A stretch of DNA of 64,000 nt from Mobula hypostoma (Eukaryota), in assembly GCF_963921235.1 (NCBI RefSeq), contig NC_086097.1:186932001-186996000 (forward strand), read 5' to 3'. This document shows, piece by piece, positions 47,815 to 58,735 of this stretch (positions within the stretch are counted from its first letter, which is position 1; every line of letters begins with the position of its first letter). The notes beneath the pieces were generated by a model. That model made no database searches, was not told the origin of the DNA, and was given only the letters and a program-made list of their open reading frames with translations. A program made the position numbers and the translations under genes.

Positions 47815-50405
47815 ATAGTCATAGAAAAGTACATCATAAAAACAGGCCTTTTGACCCATCTAGTTCAGGCTGAGCTGTTTAAACTGCCCACTCCCATCAA
47901 CCTCAATAGGGACTATAGTCCTGCATACCCTTACCATCTATGTACCTATCCAAGCTTCTCTTAAATGTTGATGTTGAACTTGCATGCACCATTTGTGCTG
48001 GCAGCTCATTCCACACTCTCACGAATTTCCAAGTGAAGAAGATTCCCCCCCATGTTCTCCTTAAACATTTCATCTTTCACCCTTAATCCATGACCTCTGG
48101 TTGTGTCCCCTCCCCCTCAGTTTCAGCAATTACCCTGTCTATACCCCTCATAATTTTGTATAACTCTATCAAACTTCCTGGCAATCTTCCACGTTCCAAG
48201 GAATAATGTCTTAACCTATTCAATCTTTCCATATAATTTACGTTCTCCAGACCCGGCAACATCCTTGTAAATTTTCTCTGTACTTGTTCAAACTTATTTA
48301 CATCTTTCCTGTAAGTACGTGACCAAAAGTACACACAATATTCCAGATTAGGCCTCACCAACATCTTAAACAAGTTCTACATAATGACCCATCTCCTGTA
48401 CTCAGTACTTTGATTTAAGAAGTCCAATGTGTCAAAAGCTTTCTTTACAACCCTATCAACCTGTGACACCACTTTCAATGAATTATGGACCTGTATTCCC
48501 AGAACACTTTATTCTATCACATTCCTCATGTCCTCCCATTCACAATGTAAGACCTACCCTGATTAGTCCTACAAAGTCATACTCATACTTGCCTACATTA
48601 AATTCCATCTGCCATTTTTTAGTTCTTTTTTTCCACCTGGTCCAGATTCTGCTGCAAGCCATGATAATCTTCCTCACTCTCCAAGACACTTCATGTCACC
48701 TTCAAATCTGGTGATCCAGTTAACCATATTAACATCCAGATTGTTGATATAGATGACAAACAACAACAGACACAACATTGATCCCTACGGTGCACCACTA
48801 GTCACAGGCCTTCGGTTAGAGAGGCAGAATCTACTACCATTCCCTGGCTTCTCCTACAAAGCTAATATGCAATCCAATTTACTACCTCATCTTGAATGTC
48901 AAGCGACTGAACCTTCCTGATCAACCTCCCATGCAGACCTTGTCAATTGCCTTGCCAAACTTCATGTAGACCACATACACTGCTGTGCCTTCATCAACTT
49001 TCCTGGTACTTTCTCAAAAAACTCTAAGACTGGTTAGACAAAACCTACCATGCACAAAACCATGCTGACTGTCATTAATCAGCCCATGTCTATCCAAATA
49101 CTCTTATATCTGGTCCCTTAGAATATTTTACAATAACTTTCCCCACTACTGACATCGGGCTCACCAGCCTATAATTTCCTGGTTTATCTCTAGAACCTTT
49201 CTTAAACAGCAGAACAACGTTGGCAATCCTCTATTCCTCTGGCAACTCACCTGTAACTAAGGATGTTTTAAATATCTCTGCTAGAGCCCCAGCAATTTCT
49301 GCACTTGCCTTCCACAGGGTCAGAGGGAAACACCTTCTCAGGCCCTGGGGACTTATCTACCCTAATTTGCCTCAAGACAGCAAACACCTCCTCCTCTGTA
49401 ATCTGTATAGAGTCCGTGAAGCTGATGCTATTTGCCTTACTTCTATAGACTCACTGTCCCTCTCCTGAATAAATACAGAGGCAAAATTGCATTTAAGATC
49501 TCCCCCATCCCTTTTGGCTCCAATCATGGATTACCATTCTGATCTTCCAGAGGACCAATTAGAAACATATAATTGTAGAAAAACCTATGGCGTAATACAG
49601 GCCTTTCGGCCCACAATGATGTGCTGAAAATGTACTTACTTTAGAAATTACCTAGGATTACCCATAGCCCTCTATTGTTCTAAGCTCCATGTACCTGTCC
49701 AGGAGTCTGTTAAAAGACCCTATTGTATCCGCCTCCACCATCGCCGGCAGCCCATTCCAGACACTCACCACTCTCTGCATAAAAACTTACCCCTCACATC
49801 TCCCCTGTACCTACTTCCAAGCACCTTAAAACTGTGCTCTCTCAGTTTAGCCATTTCAGCCCTGGGAAAAAGCCTCTGACTAGCCACATGATCAATGCCT
49901 CTCATCATCTTATACACCTCTATCAGGTCACCTCTCATCCTCCGTCGCTCCAAGGAGAAAAGGCCATTCACTCAACCTATTCTCGTAAGGCATGCTCCCC
50001 AATCCAGGCAACACCTTGTAAATCTCCTCTGCACTCTTTCTATAGTTTCCAAATCCTTCCCATAGTGAGGTGACCAGAACTGAGCACAGTACTCCAAGCA
50101 GGGTCTGTTCAGGGTCCTATATAGCTGTAACATTACTTCTCAGCTCCTAAACTCAATCCCATGGTTGATGAAGGCCAATGCACCGTATGCCTTCTTAGCC
50201 ACAGAGTCAACCTGCACAGCAGCTTTGAGTGTCCTATAGACTCGGACCCCAAGATCCCTCTGATCCTCCACACTGCCAAGAGTCTCACCATTAATTATGT
50301 TCCTCGCAAACCTTTTGCTCTAACTTATCTGTAGAATTCCTTCAGATTCTCCTTCACCTTGTCTGCTAAGGCAACCTCATGTTTTCTTTTAGCCCTCCTG
50401 ATCTC
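47815..50405 (-). mobile_element. Decayed CR1 with a second CR1 3' end nested at about 49561-50295
   Basis: ORFs 48083-48373 (LVRPNLEYCVYFWS) and 49765-49971 (RRMRGDLIEVYKMMRG); two separate CR1 tails. Confidence 0.8.
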
Positions 50406-51914
50406 TGACATCAGAGATTTAATCCTGTTAATCTGCATAGCTCAGAGAAGGGGGGTGATCAGTGAACTGAGAATGTTGGTTTTTCCAAAGGGATTAGGCT
50501 TTCCAGCTCTGGTTAACCATGTTTCAGGAAATATCCTGACATGACATCATGCTTCCAGCTGGCCCGTCCCGCCCACATACTCTTGCATTTGGTTTCCAAC
50601 CCACACATTATTCCCCACCAGTCATAGAGCAAAATTTATATGGATGATCTTTAGCTGCAAGCTAAACAGACTTTTCAACTACATATTCAATACCTCTATA
50701 ACCACCTTCACCCCCTGACATTCCTAACATTACAATGTTTGTCCTAAATGCTTAGTTAAATGTGATCCAAAGGCAATGTACCTGGAAAAAAAAACAAGAG
50801 AAGCTGTTTTGGCTTATTCTTCGTCATTCTGAGTGTCACTGGCAGCACTTAGAAATATTACTTATTCATGACTGCTTTAGCACATAGAATGAATCATATT
50901 CATCTGAGTATTGGAAAATCCCCAGAAATTCTCAATGGTAAATGCACAATAGCTGTTTACTGGAGGATAGTTTCATTTTGTGCAAATCTGAACAGTTATA
51001 CAGTAGTAGTTCTGTTGTAAATGAAGCCATTCTAACTTGTTTAAGTTTTAAACTTTTGATCTCGGTCACACGTGTGAAAAGAAACAATATTAGTAAAATT
51101 CCAGAAACAGTACATTTGAAATTTAAACAGAAAATGCTCGAGATGTACAACTGGTTGGCCAGTGTGTGTAATTACTGTTGGGCGTTTATTCATCAGCATT
51201 TGAAAGCTGAAGATTAAGTTAAAATAATTAAATAAATGCAGCACATATGATTGTTCCATTTTTATGCACAAAGAAACATTTTCTGAAATCAAAAGAATTC
51301 AAATTTGCTGCATTTTGCAGGGGCCTAACTTGTGTGACCTTCATCTGAATGAAGTAACTTCTTTGTGCATCTGTCCATGAGCTAGTATGTTTTAGCTGAT
51401 TACTCCTATTTATCCTCTTCTTGCTCAAATCTCTGTTCAACAGCTAGACTGGTTAAGGAAGCTTGCAATGTCTAACAGAAAGTTCAGGCTAACACCAATT
51501 TAGCAATACTTTGAAGCACATGAAAAGCAATATTTTTGCACTTATATTTCTGAACTTTATTTTTCAGAATTATGAAATTGAAAATGAACATTATTTTCCT
51601 AAAAGATACAAAGTAATGAACGTTTCTGGATCATTTTCTGGAAAACTCATCCAGGCTCATCCTGGCCTCCGTCAAAATTAATTTTTCTTAGTCTTTCAAA
51701 AACTCTGGAGCGGGAGAGCTCACATTTTAGATGTCTCTTGAACTAGCATGGATAACTTCACTCATCTCTACTCTGAACTGATTCCGTAACCTATGGACTC
51801 ACTTTCAAGGACTCTATAACTCATGTTCTCAGTATTATTTACAATTCAAAGTTCAAAGTAAATTCATTACCAAAGTATATACATGCCACCAAATAATACC
51901 GAGATACATTTTAA

Positions 51915-53710
51915 GACAATAAACCAATAAGATATACGAGCAGAATTAGACCACTTGGCCCATTGAGCCTGCTCCGCCATTCCATCATGGCTGATCCATT
52001 TCCCTCTCAGCCCCAATTTCTTGTCTTCTCCCCATAATCCTTCATGCCCTGACTAAGCAAGAATCTATAAACCACTGCCTTAAATATAACTATTGATTTG
52101 GCCTTCACAATTGCCAGTGGCAACAAATTCCACAAATACGTTGCTCTCTGGCTAAAGAAATTCCTCTTCCTCTCCATTCTATATGGACGTCGTTCTATTC
52201 AGAGGCTGTACTCTTTGGTCCTGGACTCCCCCACCATAAGAAACATCCACACCATCGAGGCCTTTCGACATAGAAAGGTTTTAATAAGATCCCCTCTCAT
52301 GCATCTGAATTCCAGTGAGTACAGACCCAGAACCATCAAACACTCCTCATATGACAAGCCTTTTTTTCCCAGAATCATTCTCATGAACTCCTTCCAAACC
52401 CTCTCCAATGTCAGCACATCCTTTCTTAGATAAGGCACGCAAAATTGCTCACAATACTAATAGTGAGGCCTTACCAGTATTTTATAAAGCTTCAACATTA
52501 TATCTTTGGTTTTATATTCTAGTCCTCTCAAAGTGAATGGTAATATTGCATTTGCCTTCCCCAACACTGATTCAACCTGCATATTAACCTTTAAGGAATC
52601 TTGCACAAGGACTCTAAAGTCCCTTTGTACCATGGATTCTTGAATCCTCTCTCAATTTAGAAACAGTCTACACTTTTATTTCTTCTACCAAAATACATGA
52701 CCATACACTTCTCAACACGGTATTCCATCCACCCCCTCTTTGTCCATTCTCCTAATCTGTCTGTCCTTCTGTAGCCTCCCTGCTTCCTCAGAACTACCTG
52801 TCTCACCACCTATATTGCATCGCCTTCAAACTTGCCACGAAACCATCAATTCCATCATCTACATTACTGATGTAAAATATCAATTGAAGTTGTCCCAACA
52901 CAGACCCCCGTGGAACACCACTAGTCACCAGCAGCTAACCAGCAAAGGCTCCCTTTATTCCCACTCTTTGCCTTCTCTAGTCCATTCAATGTTCAGTAAG
53001 TTTCAATGAGATCCCACCACCGCATTTTTCTAAACTCTACTGAGTACAGGCCCAAAGCTGCCAAACCCTCCTCATATGTGAACCCCTTCTTTCCTGGAAT
53101 CATCCTCGTGAACCTCCTCTGGACTCTTTCCAATGACAACACGTCCTTTCTTAGATATGGGGCCCAAAACTGTGGACACTACTCCAAAAGCGACCTGACT
53201 AGTGTCTTATAAAGCTTCAGCATTATCTCCTTGTTTTTATATTCTATTCCCCTTGAAATAAATGCCAACATTGCATTTGACTTCTTTACCCCAGACTCAA
53301 CCTGTAATTAACCTTCTGATCATCTTGCAAGATGACTCCTAAGTTCCTCTGCACCTCTGATGTTTGAACCTTCTCCCCATTCAGATAATCTGCACTATTG
53401 TTCCTTTTACCAAAATGCATTACTGTACATTTCCCAACACTGTTTTCCATCTCCCACTTTTTTGCCCATTCTCCTAATCTGTCTAAGTCCTGCTGCAATT
53501 GCATTGCTTCCTCAGCACTACCTACACCACCACCTATCTTCGTATCATCCGTAAACTTTGCCATCAATTCCATTATCCAAATCGCTGACAATGTGAAAAG
53601 TAATGTTCCCAATACTGACCCCTGTGAAATATCACTAGTCACTGGCAGCCAACCAGAGAAAGCTCTCTTTATTCTCACTCGCTGCTTCCTGCCTATCTGC
53701 CATTCATTAT
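51915..53710 (-). mobile_element. Two abutting CR1 fragments (about 51915-52975 and 52978-53710)
   Basis: ORF 52199-52438 and the C-terminal part of 53286-53906 (QGSVLG...KFTDDTKIGG). Confidence 0.75.
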
Positions 53711-53712
53711 CA

Positions 53713-54132
53713 TTACTGGGTTTGTACACACTGGAATCTAGAAGGATGAGAGGGGATCTGATCGAAACATATAAGATTATTAAGAGATTGGACACACTAG
53801 AGGCAGGAAACATGTTCCCGATGTTCGTGGAGTCCAGAACCAGAGGCCACAGTTTAAGAATAAGGGGTAGGCCATTTAGGATAGAGTTGAGGAAAAACTT
53901 TTTCACCCAGAGAGTTGTGGATCTGTGGAATGCTCTGCCTCAGAAGGCAGTGGAAGCCAATTCTCTGGATGCTCTCAAGAAAGAGTTAGAAAGAGCTCTT
54001 AAAGATAGCAGAGTGAAGGGATATGGGGAGAAGGCAGGAACGGGGTACTGATTGTGGATGATCAGCCATGATCACAGTGAATGGCGGTGCTGGCCCGAAG
54101 GGCTGAATGGCCTACTCCTGCACCTATTGTCA
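53713..54132 (+). mobile_element. CR1 3' end
   Basis: LGLYTLESRRMRGDLIETYKII...FFTQRVVDLWNALP; tail 'cctgcacctattgtc'. Confidence 0.85.
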
Positions 54133-55711
54133 TCCACAAAATCTCATCTCTACTCCTCTAACTATGGAATTACTACAGTCCTCTTCACTTCTTTTCCCTT
54201 CTGACCCACAGCAGTGCCAGAAACCTGGTCACTGCAGCTCCATCCTGGTAGGTTGTCAGCCTCAACAGTATTCAAAATGATTTACTTATTATTAAGGTGA
54301 ATGGCCACAAGGGTACTCTGTACTGGCTGGCTATTTCCCTTCCTTCTCCTGACAGTCACCCAGTTAGTTACCTCCTGTAACCTACCTGCATCTCCTATCG
54401 ATCACTTCCTCAGTCTCCTGTATGAGCTAAAGGTCATTGAGATTCAACTTCAATTCCTTAAGACGTTTTATGATGAGTTGCTGCTTGTTGCACCAGGCGC
54501 AGATGTGGTTATCTGGGAGGCTGTAGATTTCCCGAACTCCCACAACTTACACAAAGAACATAACACTGCCCCGGAGTCATTCTCACTGCTCTATCTATTC
54601 CCTAATAGGCAAGGAATAAAGAACAAAAAAGATGAAGAAACTTACCAGTTAGTTACCTTGCCCAAGCTTGATTTCAAACTAAGCATGATGAGCCAAAGCA
54701 AATGCCTCCCCACTTTAATATAGGCCCACTCCAACAATGGCCACTTTGCTTGTCCCTGCCTTATTTTTGTTCACCCTTGCTGTGGAATTCCATTCACTGA
54801 TGGGCCGCAGTTCAAACTGCGAATACTGCTGCAAAGAACTGCTTGTTTCATTTTCAATCACGAACCTGTGTGGAGTCGCCTTTTCTTCTCACACTCCCGT
54901 TCACCAATTGGCTGCAGTTCAAACTCTGAAAACTGCCATGAAGCGCTACTTTTTTAAATCTTCGATTGAGGAGCTGCTTACTTATAGTGGCCACTTCTTA
55001 TGCTGTGAACTTTGCAGGGCCAATTTCTTAGATTGGAGCAATGCTTGCAAGACAAATGTTTTACTGCCACTTTCTTGCGAGTTGGGTACAATGCTCATGC
55101 AAAATTTTTAATGGAATGAGAACGTTGTTCAGTCTTTATTTCCCATTAAAAAGTTGGTGTGAACCATCATCTTGATTGGACTGCTATAATCCTTCTGTTG
55201 AAGAGACACCTGCAATTTGTCAAGTAAAATGTTTCAAGAACCAAGAAAGATGGAAAGGATGTGACTGATAATCTGTAGGTAAGTGGTGTTCCAACTTGCA
55301 CAAAATTATTCTCCACATTACAAGCAACATGGACTTTGGGCACTGAAGCAGATTTTTGCAAGAATAAAAAAAAATGACCTTAACTTGACAGTAAGTCTGA
55401 GGAGACCATCTTCTTTCAATATACAGTAGCTATAATGTTCCTTCTGTCAGCCTGCCATGGAGGTTTTTTTTGGGGGGGGGTTTGGTGCCCTCCTTTGATT
55501 ATTGCACAGACAATTAAGTGTGGTCTCCTTAGGAACTATGCAGCCTTTGGTTTGGCATATACTTCTGGGTGTAAATCAACCTGATACTGTAGTTCTACAA
55601 TTTATTTGAACGAGCATTAGTGAAAAAAAGAATGGCTTACCGCACCAAAACTAGAAGAAGCCCAACTTCTAGGCAAAAGTATGTGGGCATAGCACACAAC
55701 AGACTCTAGAG

Positions 55712-55789
55712 CAGGGGTTCCCAACCTGATGTCCACTGACCCCAGTTAATGGCGGGGGTTCATGGCATAAGAAATGTAGGGAACCCCTG
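55712..55789. mobile_element. 78-bp hAT (Charlie-like) MITE
   Basis: TIR CAGGGGTTCCCaAC / GTaGGGAACCCCTG; perfect 8-bp TSD CTCTAGAG at 55704-55711 and 55790-55797. Confidence 0.9.
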
Positions 55790-56415
55790 CTCTAGAGTTC
55801 ACAGAGAATGGTGTGAAAAACAAACAAAAAAATCCAGTGAAGAGTTCTGTGGTTGAAAATGCCTTGTTATGAGAGGTCAGAGGAGAATGGCCAAACTGGT
55901 TCAAGCTGACTGAAAGGCAACAGAAACTCAAAAACGAAGTGTTAGAAATACTCGAGATGTCTAGTCAGTGTGTGCTCCTTTCTGTCCAAGAGGGGAGTAT
56001 CTTCTTACTTTGTGTCGACAGTACTGTTTGAATTGCTTGAACAGGGGGTTTGAAAGTCTGCTGTGTTGGGAACCAAAGAGGAAAAGAGAGTGGGGAAGGA
56101 GCGGGAATTGCTAGTAGGGGGCCACGCAGATCAGGTAATGGAGGAAAAGGCAAGGGGGGGTGTTGAGGGAAAGAGAGTGGAGAAGAAGCTGGATAAGGAT
56201 TTGGGATCAGAGGTAGGCAGCTGGGGAGAAGTGGATTATTGTGAAGGGAGAAATAAAGGGAATGAGGAGATAGTGAGGGGATGGATGATTGAAAACTGAT
56301 ACAAAGGGAATAAAAGAATAAGAAATGACAGTGGAGAGAGCTCTGAAAGTGAGAAAGATAAACAAGATCAGAGACAAGTGTTGTCATAATTAGGTTTAAT
56401 GAGAAGCAAGGAAAC

Positions 56416-58735
56416 ATGAAGAAAATTGACCCGTTTGTGCTAACAACAACTCTGGCAAATAAGATAGGGGAAATAGTATTTGCAAAAGTCCTTAATGATG
56501 GCAACCTATTGGTAAAACGTGCGAATGAGGATCAACTTGAGAAAGCACTCAAGCTAAAAGAGATAGGAAAATGCAAGGTGAAATACACAGGGAGGTTGGG
56601 GGCACGAAATGGCGATGGATGTAAAGCAGTGATCACGGGGGTACCAATAAGTACAAATATGGAGGAGTTAAAGAGGAATATCAAAGAAGGAAAAATAATA
56701 AATGATCAAAGACTGAAAACAACAAAGGAGGGAATGAAAAAGGAAAGTGAAACAGTATTGATTGAATTTGAAGACATAGTCATAGTCATACATTATTGAT
56801 CCCAGGGGAAATTGGTTTTCGTTACAGTTGCACCATAAATAATAAATAGTAATAGAAATAGTAATAGTCATGGAAATAATAAATAGTAATAGAATAGTAA
56901 CAGAAAAATAGTAATAAATAGTTAAATAGTAATATGTAAATTATGCCAGTAAATTATGAAATAAGTCCAGGACCAGCCTATCGGCTCAGGGTGTCTGACC
57001 CTCCAAGGGAGGGGTTGTAAAGTTTGATGGCCACAGGCAGGAATGACTTCCTATGACGTTCTGTGCTGCATCTCGGAGGAATGAGTCTCTGGCTGAATGT
57101 ACTCCTGTGCCCACCCAGTACATTATGTAGTGGATGGGAGACATTGACCAAGATGGCATGCAACTTAGACAGCATCCTCTTTTCAGACACCACCGTGAGA
57201 TAGTCCAGTTCTATCTCCACAACATTACTGGCCTTATGAATGAGTTTGTTGATTCTGTTGGTGTCTGCTACCCTCAGTCTGCTGCCCCAGCACACAACAG
57301 CAAACATGATAGCACTGGCCACCACAGACTCGTAGAACATCCTCAGCATCGTCCGACAGATGTTAAAGGACCTCAGTCTCCTCACGAAATAGAGACGGCT
57401 CTGACCCTTCTTGTAGACAGCCTCAGTGTTCTTAGACCAGTCCAGTTTATTATAAATTCGTATCCCCAGGTATTTGTAATCCTCCACCATGTCCACACTG
57501 ACCCCCTGGATGGAAACAGGGGTCACCGGTACCTTAGCTCTCCTCAGGTCTACCACCAACTCCTTAGTCTTTTTCACATTAAGCTGCAGATAATTCTGCT
57601 CACACCATGTGACAAAGTTTCCTACCGTAGCCCTGTACTCAGCCTCATCTCCCTTGCTGATGCATCCAACTATGGCAGAGTCATCAGAAAACTTCTGAAG
57701 ATGACAAGACTCTGTGCAGTAGTTGAAGTCCGAGGTGTAAATGGTGAAGAGAAAGGGAGACAAGACAGTCCTCTGTGGAGCCCCAGTGCTGCTGATCACT
57801 CTGTCGGACACACAGTGTTGCAAGCACACGTACTGTGGTCTGCCAGTCAGGTAATCAAGAATCCATGATACCAGGGAAGCATCTACCTGCATCGCTATCA
57901 GCTTCTTCCCCAGCAGAGCAGGGTGGATGGTGTTGAACGCACTGGAGAAGTCAAAAAACATGACCCTCACAGTGCTCGCTGGCTTGTCCAGGTGGACGTA
58001 GACACGGTTCAGCAGGTAGACGATGGCATCCTCAACTCCTCGTGGCTGGTAGGCGAACTGGAGAGGATCTAAGTGTGGCCTGACCATAGGCTGGAGCAGC
58101 TCCAGAACAAGTCTCTCCAGGATCTTCATGATGTGGGAGGTTAATGCCACCAGTCTGTAGTCATTGAGGCCGAAGAAGAAAGAGTGCCAAGGAAGGTGTT
58201 CCTGGGTTTCATGAGTTACTCGGTAAGGGTGTATGTGCCAAAACCATTGAGGTGCTATAATTGTCAAAGGTTTGGACACATAGCTAAAAACTGTAAAAGA
58301 CAGAGGAGATGTGCTAGATGTGGGGGTGATCATGAATATGGAAAGTGCGGAACAGGAGTGCAACCAAAATGCTGCAATTGTGGAGGAGCTCATAATGTGG
58401 CATATAGTGGGTGTGAGGTTGTGAGACGGGAGACTAAAATTCAAGAAATAAGAGTGAAAAGAAAGATCACTTATGCAGAAGCTGTAAAAATGTCAGAACA
58501 GAATAATGCTCCTAATGAACAGGGAGCAATAGAGATGAGAGAGTTGCAACAAAGAACAAATGACAGGATTTATGTAGACAAAAAGTCTCTAGTAACATTC
58601 ATTGCAGGAGTGTTTAATAGTACGGCTGAGGTAAAGTCAAAAAGTGATAAAAATTCAGCTGGTGGTCAAAGCAGCAGTGAACCATTTAGGGTTAGTAGGA
58701 CTGACATGGGAAGAAATGAGGGAGAAGCTCACTAA
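56416..58735 (+). pseudogene. I/Nimb ORF1 (gag-like, CCHC knuckles) interrupted by a Rex insertion
   Basis: 56416-56774 and 58172-58735 rejoin in frame (ETVLIEF-EEERVPRKVFLG); CYNCQRFGHIAKNC, CARCGGDHEYGKC, CCNCGGAHNVAYSGC. Confidence 0.85.
56775..58171 (-). mobile_element. 5'-truncated Rex1/Babar LINE, same family as 4858-8078, RT frame open
   Basis: ORF 56978-58444 from GLNDYRLVALTS onward is nearly identical to 5356-6390; (TGACTA)n tail; TSD GAAGA at 56770-56774 / 58172-58176. Confidence 0.92.

Noticed and set aside
50932..51440. Overlapping 70-90 aa ORFs on both strands
   Set aside because: AT-rich, no motif; consistent with random ORFs
53286..54051. Long ORFs on both strands suggesting a novel fusion protein
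   Set aside because: Read-through across the junction of two oppositely oriented CR1 fragments
56978..58444. 488-aa RT ORF with an unusual N-terminus
   Set aside because: The first 90 or so residues are antisense Nimb ORF1; the Rex insertion starts at 58171
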